Assembly: GCA_951406725.2 (NCBI GenBank)
Contig: OX597828.1
Span: 8,370,001 to 8,434,000 of the forward strand
DNA from: Octopus vulgaris
Taxonomy: Eukaryota
DNA: 64,000 bases
Direction: 5' to 3'
Shown: piece after piece, positions 43,662 through 55,206 of the stretch
Layout: every line of letters starts with the position of its first letter
Numbering within the stretch: the stretch's first letter is position 1
Notes under the pieces: generated by a model
The model's input: the letters and a program-made list of their open reading frames with translations, nothing else
What the model was told of the DNA's origin: nothing
Database searches by the model: none
Made by a program: the position numbers and the translations under genes

Positions 43662-44386
43662 TCAGCCATTTAATTTGGGGGAGAACTTAGCTATGAAATG
43701 TTTTTCCATATTCCTCCTGAAGGGGGTGTCGTTCTTCGGACACTTGTAGAAGGGAAATATCTTAAATTTTCCTTGTCCACATGTAGCTAGGTGTGTGCTT
43801 AGTGGTATTTTGCGTAGTTCTTCCTGCCGAATATGTTGTCGGTGGATCCTGGCTCGCTGGCACAAAGAATTACCAGTTTCACCTACGTAATTCTCCTTGC
43901 ACGTGGGGCAGGTTATGCAGTATATGACGTTCTGCGTCTTGCAGTTCATATCTGCATTTACTTTGAATATGTCACCATTTTTAAATCTTATCTCTCTGTC
44001 GCTCTCTATGTATTTGTAGGTGGGGTTGCTGCAGGTCCCACATCTACCATCTCCGCACTCTTTTGCAAAGAATTCCGTTTTAGTTTCTGAAGAGAATTTC
44101 GCTCTTGTTAGGTGTTTTTTTAGGTTTTTGTCCTGTCGTCTACTGTTTTTTATGCTATATTTGTTTAATATGTTTTTCATTTTGGGGCTTTGTAAGGCTA
44201 TTGGTAGGTTTGAATGTATGGTTTGGAAGATGTTGGTAACTCCAGGGTTGTGTGTGTTTATAAAAGGGATAGTGTTTTCTTTGTTTTTTGTTTTGGGTGT
44301 CCTGAGTTGTGTGATGTCTAGTTTTAATGCTCTTGTGATACCATTTTCTATTAGTTTAAGGGGGTATTTTTGCTCTAGGGGGAAGC
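43662..44386 (-). CDS. PLE polyprotein C-terminus: RT thumb/linker, Cys-rich linker and GIY-YIG endonuclease (5'-truncated, no stops)
   Basis: The frame extends upstream of the listed ORF: LEQKYPLKLIENGITRA..IPFINTHNP..; then CGDGRCGTC linker; then CKTQNVIYCITCPTCKENYVGETG..R..H..HLATC..R..E..FI GIY-YIG motifs. Confidence 0.85.
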
Positions 44387-44656
44387 TGATTCACAAATAC
44401 GATTAATAAGACTAGATGAACTCAAAAGCTTCCTCACACACACACACAAAATCACACACGGACACACAGAGACACACACACACACACACCTCCACAAAAT
44501 GATCATAGAAAGTGTGACCCCAAATGACATTTGTCCGGCCAACCTACGCACAACACACACTCAGTGACATCAAAATGGACAGAGCCAAAATTCTTACAAA
44601 ACCACAGGAGGTCCAGTAAGCCAACGGAAATAACACTTCTTCCCTCTCAGATATAA

Positions 44657-44688
<32 letters not shown>

Positions 44689-44830
44689 ATACACACACAC
44701 ATATACACACACACACATACACATACACACATGTTTTCTCTGTCTCACTTCCTCCTCAACCTCTTATACTGTCTTATTCCTCCGCCCTCCAACGAAACTA
44801 TAAAATGTTCAAATTCCCCACAATTGATTT

Positions 44831-44869
44831 GATTTGAAAACCCCACTAGATTGGGAGAAAGCGCTAATC
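44831..44869 (+). ncRNA. Second (inverted) copy of the PLE hammerhead motif, decayed
   Basis: gat-TTGAAAA-CCCC(actagatt)GGGA-GAAA-GCGC-TA-atc. Confidence 0.55.
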
Positions 44870-45144
44870 CAAATGATATGATCTGAATGATATGATATAT
44901 ATGTAAAAAATGTAATATATAAATAAATATCTAACAATATGAACCATCCGATCTGATTACCTCATTTTTTCTAATATATAATACCTGTACATCATCTCCA
45001 AACCTTCCGATATATATATATATATATATATAAAATCAGAACAGGAAAATTACATCAAAAAATCATTACAAGATATACGTCAAAAATAATATTGTATTAA
45101 TAGATAGAGGTATAAATATATGCCTCTGTCTATACCTATATATA

Positions 45145-45840
45145 ATTTGTGATTAATCTTTATATTTTGTATTCTTTTAATTTTGTATCTTTTCATTTGC
45201 CTTATGTTCTGGCGTCAGCTAAATTTTCTTGAAATCAAACTTTTCTTTGTGGTAAGAACATATGAGTCTACTTCTAGCATAATGGATGTCCACTTAATGG
45301 TCATCCCCCTTATATTTATGCAATATAATTTTTCTGAATCTTCAAATTTTTCAATATGCTAGATCACTGGTTGGAAACTGATATTAATCAAATTAATATT
45401 CAATTTTTCAACCTTTAGTATATTGAATTTAAAATAAAATATCCATGTTCTCTAACCGGCAAAATTCACTGTAGAGAATTATTTTCTGCTGAATTATTTC
45501 CGGTATTTTGGCGCTCCAAAACGAATATTTTTTGGAAGATAACCCCAAACGTAATTGGTAGAACTGTATACACATTCAATCTCATACGGACGTCTCGTAT
45601 CTAGTTTTTCAAATTATATTTTACTATGACGATCACACTGATGAGCTGTGAACAATTAAGTAATTAATTACGTAAGTGGTATCAACGAAACCGGATTTGT
45701 GATTAATCTTTATATGTTTCTTTCTCGCCTATGTTCTGGAGTTTGCTAAATTTTCTTGAGAACAATACTTTCTTAGTAGTAAGACCATTGGGGGGTCTAC
45801 ATCTAGCATAATGTATGTCTACTTAGTGGTAGGTCTCCGT
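45145..45840 (+). mobile_element. Partial tandem (550 bp monomer plus partial second copy) retrozyme-like element (family 5)
   Basis: ATTTGTGATTAATCTTTATAT..TATGTTCTGG..GCTAAATTTTCTTGA..CTAGCATAATG is repeated at 45145 and 45695, with an HHR motif at the monomer junction. Confidence 0.72.
45632..45703 (+). ncRNA. Type I hammerhead motif with long stem II loop, slightly decayed
   Basis: atcaca-CTGATGA-GCTG..CAAC-GAAA-CCGG-ATT-tgtgat. Stem I atcaca/tgtgat, palindromic CCGG stem III, imperfect at position 16.1. Confidence 0.7.
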
Positions 45841-46519
45841 ATCACAGCGAATGTGTATGCAATCATAGAGGCACAAGCGTGCAAACACAGACGCACACAC
45901 ATACATGTACATAATTTGTGTTCTCTTTCGAAGCGATAGTATAATTTGAATTTGTATTATCTCATGTATATTTGAAGGCACCAATTTACATCACATATAT
46001 GCAAGGACAATGCACAAAACTGCAGCAAACAACTGTAAATGATTTCCCAAACACACACATATTTATTCTTTATTTGACAATACCTATTAGCAGATATTAT
46101 CTCATATCAACTACTGCATTAAATTTCGGTCTTTGTAATCTATCAGTTGTAAGAAATGATACAGAGATTTCAATTATAGAATAATGCTACTTCTCTCGCA
46201 CATAACGAATTTTATGCAGCGGGGCCACCTCATAACAGCATCAACGATTTTTCGTCACTGTTTTCCTATAACAGTGAGGATGAATTTCGTCTTCGCATGC
46301 AGTTTCCAGGAAACTCACGAAGCCCAAAAATGCAGAAATGACCTTCTTAGCAATATCACCACCTCACCTGGACGAATTTCCTGTGCTACTACTGAAATTT
46401 TCTTTTGTATTTAACACTGTACTTGTGTAATATAATAACTATTATCGCAATAAAATTAACTCTCCGTGATATACATTTACTAAATATGATACACAATTTC
46501 CTATATATATATACTCTAA

Positions 46520-46703
46520 TTCTTTTACTTGTTTCAGTCATTTGACTGCAACCATGCTGAAGCACCACCTTTTTAGTTAAACAAATTAACCGTAGAACTT
46601 ATTCTTTGTAAGCCTAGTATTTATTCTATTTGTATTTATTTTGCCGAACCAGCATCATGAGGGGACAAACACAGACACATAAATATATACATACATTCAC
46701 ACA

Positions 46704-46738
<35 letters not shown>

Positions 46739-46810
46739 CATACGCACACACACACACACATATGTATGTATATATACGACAGGTTTTTCAGTTTTCGTCT
46801 ACCAAATCCA
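46520..46810 (-). mobile_element. SINE family A 3' portion
   Basis: TTTTACTTGTTTCAGTCATTTGACTGCAACCATGCTGAAGCACC tail (reverse complement) and TTTCAGTTTTCGTCTACCAAATCCAC core. Confidence 0.85.
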
Positions 46811-46970
46811 CACACACACAGACACAGATATGCATTAATAAGACCACGAAAAAACTGCAGGAAATACACGATTACATATTATTGTGAAATGTTTTACCAG
46901 TTGAACGACTGATATGTTATTAACCTTCTGGATATATGTTATTCATCACACCAAAAGACCGTAGCGAAAA

Positions 46971-47863
46971 TGGGGCTAACGCAGAAACACGGCTTTTCTT
47001 AAAAATGCATTCTTTTCAAAAAAATGTGTTCAGATTTCTACGTTTTAGATGTTGTAAATTACGAATATCCGGAATCTCCGTCATCGAAAACATTGGACTC
47101 CGCTGAAAAACAGAAAAAAAGTCGGAACTGTCTATTTTAGCGTGTATATGGGGCGGGTGACTGTGCAGGGGGAAATTTGAAAACCTTAAAATTTGGAGGA
47201 AGGTGAGGTTGAGGTGAGGATTTTAAATCTGAAAAGGTGGTTTTAAAAAGAAACTTTCGAAAAAAGTTAAAAATTTTAAATGTTGTGTGGTGGTAGGGGA
47301 GGGGTGAATGAGAAACATTTTTTAAGGAGGTGAGCTGCCAGGAACGTTACCACACCGGGCGAAATGCATAGCGTAATTTCGTCAGCTGTTAAGTACTGGA
47401 TTCAAATTCCGCCGAGGACGACTTTGCCTTTCATCCTTTCGGGTCAATGAAATAAGTACCAGTTACACACTGGGGTCGATATAATCGATTTAATCCCATT
47501 GTCTGTCCTTGCTTGTCCCATCTATGTTTAGCCCCTTTTAGGGAATAAAGCAATAAGAAACGTTAGCACGTTGGACGAAATGCTTAGCGGTATTTCGTCT
47601 GCCGCTACGTTCAGAGTTCAAATTCCGCCGAGGTCGACTTTGCCTTTCATTCTTTCGGGATTGATAAATTAAGTACCAGTTACGCACTGGGATCGATATA
47701 ATCGACTTAATCCGTTTGTCTGTCCTTGTTTGTCCCCTCTGTGTGTAGTCCCTTGTGTGTAGTAATGAAATAGGTACTTCGTCTGCTGTTACTTTCTGAA
47801 TTCAAATTCCGCTTTTTAGAAAATGCATTTTTCCAGAAGAGCTGCGAATCTGCATTAGCCCCA
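46971..47863. mobile_element. Non-autonomous inverted-repeat element (about 45 bp IRs) interrupted by SINE B copies
   Basis: TGGGGCTAACGCAGAAACACGGCTTTTCTTAAAAATGCATT versus the reverse complement of 47822-47863, TGGGGCTAATGCAGATTCGCAGCTCTTCTGGAAAAATGCATT. Confidence 0.65.
47324..47812 (+). mobile_element. Tandem SINE family B (2 units plus a partial third)
   Basis: Repeated GAAATGC.TAGCG.TATTTCGTC..TTCAAATTCCGCCGAGG..GACTTTGCCTTTCAT..AAGTACCAGTTAC.CACTGGG. Confidence 0.9.
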
Positions 47864-48254
47864 ACGAAACAAAGAAAAGTTTTCTACTGCAAACAAATAT
47901 AAATGAATGTGTGTATGAATATATATATTCCCATATATATATATATAAGCGTGTGTGTATGTGTGTGTGTGTGTTTCTGTGTGTGTCTGTGTGTGTGTGT
48001 CTATATATGTATGTGTATGTGCATGTGAGTGCATATTTTCTATGTGGTATAAGTGTGAGTTGTGTTCTACTTTGTGTGAGTAGTACTTGTCTATCACTTC
48101 TTGACAACTGCTGTGTCTTGAAGTCACCTAACATTATCGACTCGGCAAAAATGACCGACAGTGTAAATATTAGATTTAAAATAATAACTGGAGTGTCTGG
48201 TTTATTAAACCATTCACCATCAACAAGTCCGAATCACGTAGAACTATAAAATAA

Positions 48255-50012
48255 CCAGCAGAGATCCCCGGCGTTGCTCGGGATTAAAATTGCATAGTAT
48301 GTATATATATTTACAGATATGTGGAAACAGATGATACAGGAAAGTGCAACATTAACGGCAAAACATTTGTGGAGTAACTCCAGGTATTGTGAAGAACGAA
48401 TTTGTACGTTGTCTGATTCTGAGAGCTATTCTATTTGGACATCTGTGTAATCTGGCCTGCTAAAAGTTGTTTTAATGATTCCGCATTAAGGGCTGTAACA
48501 TGTCTTTGCTGATCTTGAGAAAGTCTCATTTCCCATCTGTCTTGGGACTCCACCAAACGTGCTGCAGCAGGCCTTTGTTGATGTTGAGATAGTCTCCTCC
48601 CACTTCTCTCTTGAGAATGTATTTGACGTGCTGCAGCATGCGTTTAGTAATCTTTGGAAAGTGTCATGTCCTTTCTGTATTGAGGGACATCTAACGTGCT
48701 GCAGCATACCCTTACTAATCTTGAGAAAGCCTCATGTCTCTTATGTCTTGAGATTCATGCCTTCGGTTTTCTGCACTTCTCCTTGCTTTATAAGTGTTTC
48801 TGGAAAGGTGGCGTTTTTTTCTTTAGTGTCATAATTTTTTCAGTATTTTGAACCAAATATTATTTTTTTAACAGTTATATGTAGTATGTCTACATTTTTG
48901 TATGCAGTGTCAATTAATCAACTATAAGCAAATAATAAGTATCATGCATATGCACCATATATGTATATTTATGTGTATATGTGTGTGTGTTTAATAACGT
49001 ACGTAACGGGCGCGCAAACACATACAGAAACACTCACAGACACATACTCATTCATATACAAAATGTGACGATACACACTCATGTGCTCTCACATTCAGTC
49101 ACATACATATAGTGAGAGACGCATGTATATATGTAAGTGTAGATGTGTGCGTATGTTTAATAACGTACCTAACGCGGAAGCACAGTCAGAGAGACATACA
49201 CATTCATACACCTACACACATATACTCAGAGATATGTTCACACTCATATATGAGACGTCAGCTTCGTCGTGGTGTAAATTGTTCTTTACTATCTCATACG
49301 TTTCGAACGTGCAAACATACACAAATAAAATGAAACAATATCTTATCGCATTAGACTTAAAAGTGAAAGAATAAAAGTGACACAATATTATATCACACCA
49401 GGAGGTCAATTTGTAGACAGAAGTTACAAACCCCATTTCAGCGTATAAAGCTGTAAAGTTAAATAAGGAGAGTGAAAAAAAGCTGAGCTACTTTAGGATG
49501 TTTTTCTAACGCATGAACTCTCAGTGACGTGGTTGAATTCTTATTGGTTAGTAATGAAGGCTTATCGGCTACATCACAATAGCTTTCGATAGAAGGATAA
49601 AGGTAAATTATGAATTTAAAGAAGCAGATGCAAAAAAATTTTAATAAATAATGTTTTAGGGAGGTGTACAAATGGCGTGAAAACAAAGATATTTAAGCAC
49701 AACAGAGAGAGAGAGAGAGTGAAAGAAACGGACAGAGACTTAAAGAGAATAAGTATTACATAGGCTGTAAGTGAGAAAATGAAAAGATAAATAGAGAGAG
49801 AAGGAGGAGACAATCGGTTGAAAATTGCAATTTTTACAGAAAAACTCACGTGAAAAATTGGTCGGTTTCACGCATTAAATACTATAATCCTTGACCATCC
49901 TTGGCACGTAAGTAATGTGTGTGTAATGTTTAGTGAAAATCGGTTGAAAACTGTAGAAATGCAAACGTACTACACACACAGTCATCCTTTGATTTATATA
50001 TAAATATATAGA
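48255..50012 (-). mobile_element. Non-autonomous Helitron (about 1.76 kb)
   Basis: Minus strand begins A|TCTATATATTTATATATAAA and ends with the hairpin ATCCCGAGCAACGCCGGGGAT plus CTGG|T (CTRR consensus). Confidence 0.8.
48400..48832 (-). pseudogene. Decayed Helitron protein N-terminus with 23-aa (69 bp) STPR-like repeats
   Basis: ACGTGCTGCAGCA at 48557, 48626 and 48693. Translation MTLKKK..RRSAENRRH ESQDIRDMRLSQD**GYAAAR / ESQDRWEMRLSQDQQRHVTALNA / ESLKQ, with stops and frameshifts. Confidence 0.7.
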
Positions 50013-50079
50013 TGTACACATACAAAAGTTTTGCGCTAGAAATGAGAGCAGAAATGAAGGGTGAGACATAGATAAAATT

Positions 50080-50277
50080 GTTTCAATTTTTGGAACAAGG
50101 CTAGCAATTTCGTGGGTGGCAGGTGTTTAGTTCAGTGCTTAGCTTGTACTTATATCAATCCAGAAAACATAAAAGGCATAGGAGCCCGGCGAAATTTGAA
50201 TTCAGAACATAAAGATGTACCAAATGACGCTAAGTATTTACTCTGGTGTGCTAACCATTCTGGCAGCTAACCGCCAT
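50080..50277 (-). mobile_element. SINE family B copy (old)
   Basis: GTTTCAATTTTTGGAACAAGGCTAGC tail (reverse complement) and GAAATTTGAATTCAGAACATAAAG..TTCTGGCAGCTAACCGCC head (reverse complement). Confidence 0.78.
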
Positions 50278-51399
50278 GAGATAAAAATATAATAAAAGTA
50301 GAACTACTTTATCTCGAGAGCTTTAAGGGATCTACCTGATAGATGTTGCGTGAAATCAAATTCTCTTCACATCTAATAGAGATACAACCCGCTCCCTATA
50401 TCATACACTGATTCCCTAAGTTGTTTAACTTATATAAAAACGACAACAAAAATAATCGTTTTCAGAACATTTTTATATAAAGACAATGAAGTGTCTATTC
50501 ATATCAGGAAGAGTCATTCTTTCATTCTAAATTTCCTGGTGTTTGATTTTTTTTTATTCTTTTGTTTTTCTCTATCTTAAAACATTCTTAGTTCTTTTGG
50601 ACTATTTTGTTTATCCATTTAAACATTTCAAGTCATCCTTTTTTATATCTTCCTCTGATAATCCAATTTTTAATTTCTCTGAACTATTCCAACGTCATTG
50701 TTTCTTTCGCTATGGAACTCAGTATTATATCGCTAAACAGAGAGAGCTATTGTCTTAGATATAAAATTAGATGTAAACGTAAAAGCACAATTATGTCGCT
50801 ACTACAACCTTTCTGAAAATTTAGCTTGTTACCTTAAGAAAACCATATACAAAAACATCAAAGGCTTCCTGGATATCTCTGAAATATCGCAGTTATTGTT
50901 GTTCAGTTATAACAAACTAATCTTGTTATCAATAATTTTTGTGTTTCTTTAGCTTTTTTATACATGATTTGTATTTAATTGGCTTCTCTTAATAGCAAAA
51001 AAAAAAAAAAATGAAAACGAAAAAAAAAAAAACAGAAAGAAAAAAAATCACCAGTTGATAATAATGTGACTGAGATAGACAGAAAGAATTATAATTATTA
51101 CAACAGACATGAATAAAAGGTAAAAACGAATAACAATAAAACAGTTATCACATTGACATTTTTCTGCATACAATAAGATAGTTTACAAGAAGAAGAAGGA
51201 GAAAAATGTATTTTCAAAAAAGCCGAGCGACTCGCCTAAGTGGTTTCATTAAAAAAGATCGTGGGCCACATCTAATGTTTCCTTTGTCAGTCAATATTTC
51301 TTATATTGATTTCGAGTCTATTGTTCCTATACATACACACAATACCACACACACAAGCGCGCGTACACACACAAGCGCGCGTACACACACAGCGCGCGT

Positions 51400-51447
<48 letters not shown>

Positions 51448-51647
51448 GCATGTATGTGTGTATGTGCGTGTGTACACATATATATATATGAATGTATATG
51501 TGTGTGCCTCTGTGTACATACAAACATGTGTATACATATGCATACATATGTATAGATATAATTACATGTATATATATATATAAATGTATATATATGCGTA
51601 CCTATATCTATCTATCTATCTACACACACACACATAGACACACACAG

Positions 51648-51678
<31 letters not shown>

Positions 51679-51951
51679 TCGATATATATTGGAGGAATGT
51701 GTGCATATATCTGTTGAATCTACCGGATAATCTCCCTGCCTACATGAGGGTTAGTATGGGTTTATGTGTGTGTGTGTGTGTGTGTGAGCGCGCGTATGAG
51801 TGGGTGTATATGTGCGCATGCATTAGTATGGTTTGCGTCTGTTTTCTAAAGGAAAAATAGCACTAGATACACAGATATATCGAATTATGGTGGTTTTACC
51901 TGTCCCCTTAGCAGTATAGATGTATAGATTCAGCATACATACATACATACA

Positions 51952-51984
<33 letters not shown>

Positions 51985-51990
51985 TTAAAA

Positions 51991-51993
<3 letters not shown>

Positions 51994-52079
<86 letters not shown>
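51994..52079. repeat. (AAT)n microsatellite
   Basis: Direct reading. Confidence 0.96.
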
Positions 52080-52224
52080 TGAGGAAATATTATTCCAATC
52101 TTACAGGCAAAAATTCAATTTAGAAATACTAAATCAAATTTTACAAAATATAATATATATATATATATATATATAAATTAGAAAGAAAACACCTATATAT
52201 CTATATATATCTTATATATATCTA

Positions 52225-52299
<75 letters not shown>

Positions 52300-52316
52300 A
52301 TATATATATATATATA

Positions 52317-52443
52317 GACGAAGAGCTCCGCTCGAAACGTTAAACCCTCCTTCTTTCCTTCTTTCATGAGCGTCCAATAATACAATATTTGTTCCACGTC
52401 CTCGCGTTGTTGTGTTTATTTGTGCTTTCTTGTTTGGATTAAC
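52317..52443 (+). mobile_element. HHR family 1 element, 5'-truncated inside the ribozyme core
   Basis: (TA)n|GACGA-A-GAGC(tcc)GCTC-GAAA-CG-TT-aaac...GTTTGGATTAAC|(TA)n. Confidence 0.75.
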
Positions 52444-53192
52444 TATATATATATATATAGATGTATGTGCAATGTGCATACGCATGAATATATATATAAA
52501 TATGTAAATACATGCATATATATATATATACATATATACGTATATATGCACATAGACACACAAAAATATGTACATAAGAATGTACGCATGTGTGTTTGTG
52601 TGCGTATATAGTGGGTCTTTGTATGTTTGTTTTTCTGTGTTTGTATTTAGGGCGAGTGTTTCGACATATCTACAGCATCTAACAGAATATTTCGGGGCAA
52701 CAAGAATCAGATTAAAACTGAAACTATGATATTTTACTAATCGTGAAATACCAAATGCAAGGTCCGATTTTTCTCATAACGACTCTCGGAATATTTTCAT
52801 AAGCTTAAATTGATATAACACAAGAATCAGTTAACAATCTTATAGATGGAATATCAATATAGACTATAATTCCAGAAATTACAGACTAATGCGTCGAAAA
52901 TTGTAGGCAATAAATAAATAAATGAAAATAGAAATAAAATCAAAAGAGTCACCAAACATAAAGACGACAACTCGCCATTTCGTTCCCCATTATCCTAATA
53001 CCATTTTGAATAATTTAAATTATATGATGCAGTTTTTGAAGAATGACGTCGGCGTGAATAGCTTTTCGAAGCTGCAATCATTATTCTGATGTATTTCGGA
53101 TAGCATGAAGTACGAGTTGCTATAAAAATCGATCGATAGTATAAATACTGTACGCATTTTTGTTCGAATGAAGATGTTTATCGATTTCATCA

Positions 53193-53602
53193 TGGCTGTG
53201 TGGTAAGTAGCTTGCCTACCAACCACATGGTTCTGGGTTCAGTCCCACTGCGTGGCATCTTGGGCAAGTGTCGTCTGCTATAGCCTCGGGCCGACCAATG
53301 CCTTGTGAGTGGATTTGGTAGACGGAAACTGAAAGAAGCCTGTCGTATATATGTATATATATGTATGTATGTGTATGTATATGTTTGTGTGTCTGTGTTT
53401 GTCCCCCTAGCATTGCTTGACAACCGATGCTGGTGTGTTTACGTCCCCGTCACTTAGCGGTTCGGCAAAAGAGACCGATATAATAAGTACTGGGCTTACA
53501 AAGAATAAGTCCTGGGGTCGATTTGCTCGACTAAAGGCGGTGCTCCAGCATGGCCGCAGTCAAATGACTGAAACAAGTAAAAGAGTAAAGAGTAAAGAGT
53601 AA
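53193..53602 (+). mobile_element. SINE family A, near full length
   Basis: TGGCTGTGTGGTAAG A box, GGGTTCAGTCCC B box, internal microsatellite, tail GGCGGTGCTCCAGCATGGCCGCAGTCAAATGACTGAAAC plus (AGAGTAA)n. Confidence 0.93.
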
Positions 53603-53629
53603 ATACATAGCGGAAGATAAGTATTCTTA

Positions 53630-53985
53630 TACATACTGATGCCAAAGATTCCAACATCACCATCAAAATACAAGACCATATACTGCAACAGCTTGGGTTT
53701 CAGAGGACCACAGCTCTTCAACATCCTCCCTAAATGCTTGAGAGACTTGCATGGTGTGGATGTGGGTTTTTTTAAAACTAAACTGGATCTCTTCTTGTCG
53801 GGGTTCCAGATGAACCTACCTCACGATAGGAGACACAGATGCGGGAAGCGGCATCGAACTCCCTTGTTGACCAAGTGCCACGTATCAGAGGTGGATTCAC
53901 ATATCAGTGTAGCTCATTCAGCGGTGGTGCCCCAGCATGGCCGCAGCCTTCGAGCTGAAACATTTTTAAGGATTTAAGGATTTAC
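53630..53985 (+). mobile_element. 3' end of a CR1-like LINE
   Basis: NSLGFRGPQLFNILPKCLRDL..FKTKLDLFL..(PDEP) ORF2 C-terminus. The 3' UTR ends GGTGCCCCAGCATGGCCGCAGCC..GCTGAAAC followed by (TTTAAGGA) repeats. Confidence 0.82.
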
Positions 53986-54011
53986 ACATAGATGCATACA
54001 TAATAAGTACA

Positions 54012-54112
<101 letters not shown>

Positions 54113-54696
54113 GCATACAAACGCACAAATATACACACACGCACACACACACATATCTCACACATAGATTTATGTGTATACATAAAACAAACACATGGGC
54201 AATTTCACGTTTCCTCTGCCAGAATTCTTGCACAAAGCTCTTCAGAGTATAATTGCTAAATGTGCTTTCCTCGATTGAATCTTTGGGAAAGGAATATTTG
54301 AAACACACGAACATGCATCGTTCTTTATCCTCTCAAAGTTAGGCTCGATGCTAAGCAGGTTATGCTGCTCATTATAAGTTAATGAATAAGTAGATTTATA
54401 ATAAAAATTTCCAGAATTATCTAACAACTATCATATTTCAAATTAAGTAATTGAAGTCCTTACCAATACTTCTTGAAAAATGATCCCTACTGTGATCAAC
54501 CTTCAGTTCTTTGATGTCACCATATTGAATAAAAAATATACATCTGAATTCGTAAATACCATATTCGTCCGCTTGTAGCACAATCACCCTAAGTAATCTT
54601 CAGCCGCTTGTAGCACAATGGTCCTAAGTAATCGAACATATGAAACAAACATTTACAATGCCTTATAAAGAGTAAACAGGAATCCAAAATATATTC

Positions 54697-54910
54697 TATT
54701 CTACTCCAGGCACAGGGCACAAAATTTTGTGGGGAGGGGGCCAGTCGATTTGATCGATCCTAGTACATAACGGATACTTGATTTATCGACTCCGAAAGGA
54801 TGAAAGGCAAAGTCGACCTAGGCGGAATTTGAAATCAGAGCTTAAAGACAGACGAAATACCACCGAGCATTTCGTCCGACGTGCAAGCGTTTCAGCCAGA
54901 TCGTCGCCTT
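54697..54910 (-). mobile_element. SINE family B copy
   Basis: ATCGACTCCGAAAGGATGAAAGGCAAAGTCGACCTAGGCGGAATTTGAA core (reverse complement). Confidence 0.9.
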
Positions 54911-55206
54911 CCAAAATGTGAATATTACATAAGATGAAAATAAAAGTATTAAAAAATTGGGAAACATCGAGTTATATGGCATTATCCATTGAATTCTTCC
55001 TAAAACTACGAGAATATGTGCGAAGTTGGTCAAAAATGGAGAAATGAATCTTGTACTGCCGTAGACGACGATAATCCCGTCTGATATAAACAAAGAGGAT
55101 GGGTCCAACAGGCCTTGCATATTGGAAGAAATAACAGTTGAATATCCTTCAAATCCCACACTAATTTCTTATGAAATTTGAAAACGCATCGGCTAACGTC
55201 GTTCCG

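Larger units (their letters stand above)
42286..44974 (-). mobile_element. Penelope-like retroelement (Neptune-like), 5'-truncated, with inverted terminal repeat
   Basis: GIY-YIG frame at 43662-44386, 3' UTR running to 42286. Segment 42286-~42815 is repeated in inverted orientation at ~44436-44974. Both outer ends abut TA. Confidence 0.9.

Noticed and set aside
48480-48770. CRISPR-like repeat-spacer pattern (ACGTGCTGCAGCA every 67-69 bp)
   Set aside because: The 'spacers' are homologous to each other and codon-phased; the context is eukaryotic with no cas genes.
54200-54255. Minus-strand CTGAAGA..GAAACGTG hammerhead-like motif
   Set aside because: Stem II is plausible, but position 17 is G and no stem I pairing is visible; chance or too decayed to call.
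54569-54633. 35 bp tandem duplication
   Set aside because: Ordinary slippage-type duplication.
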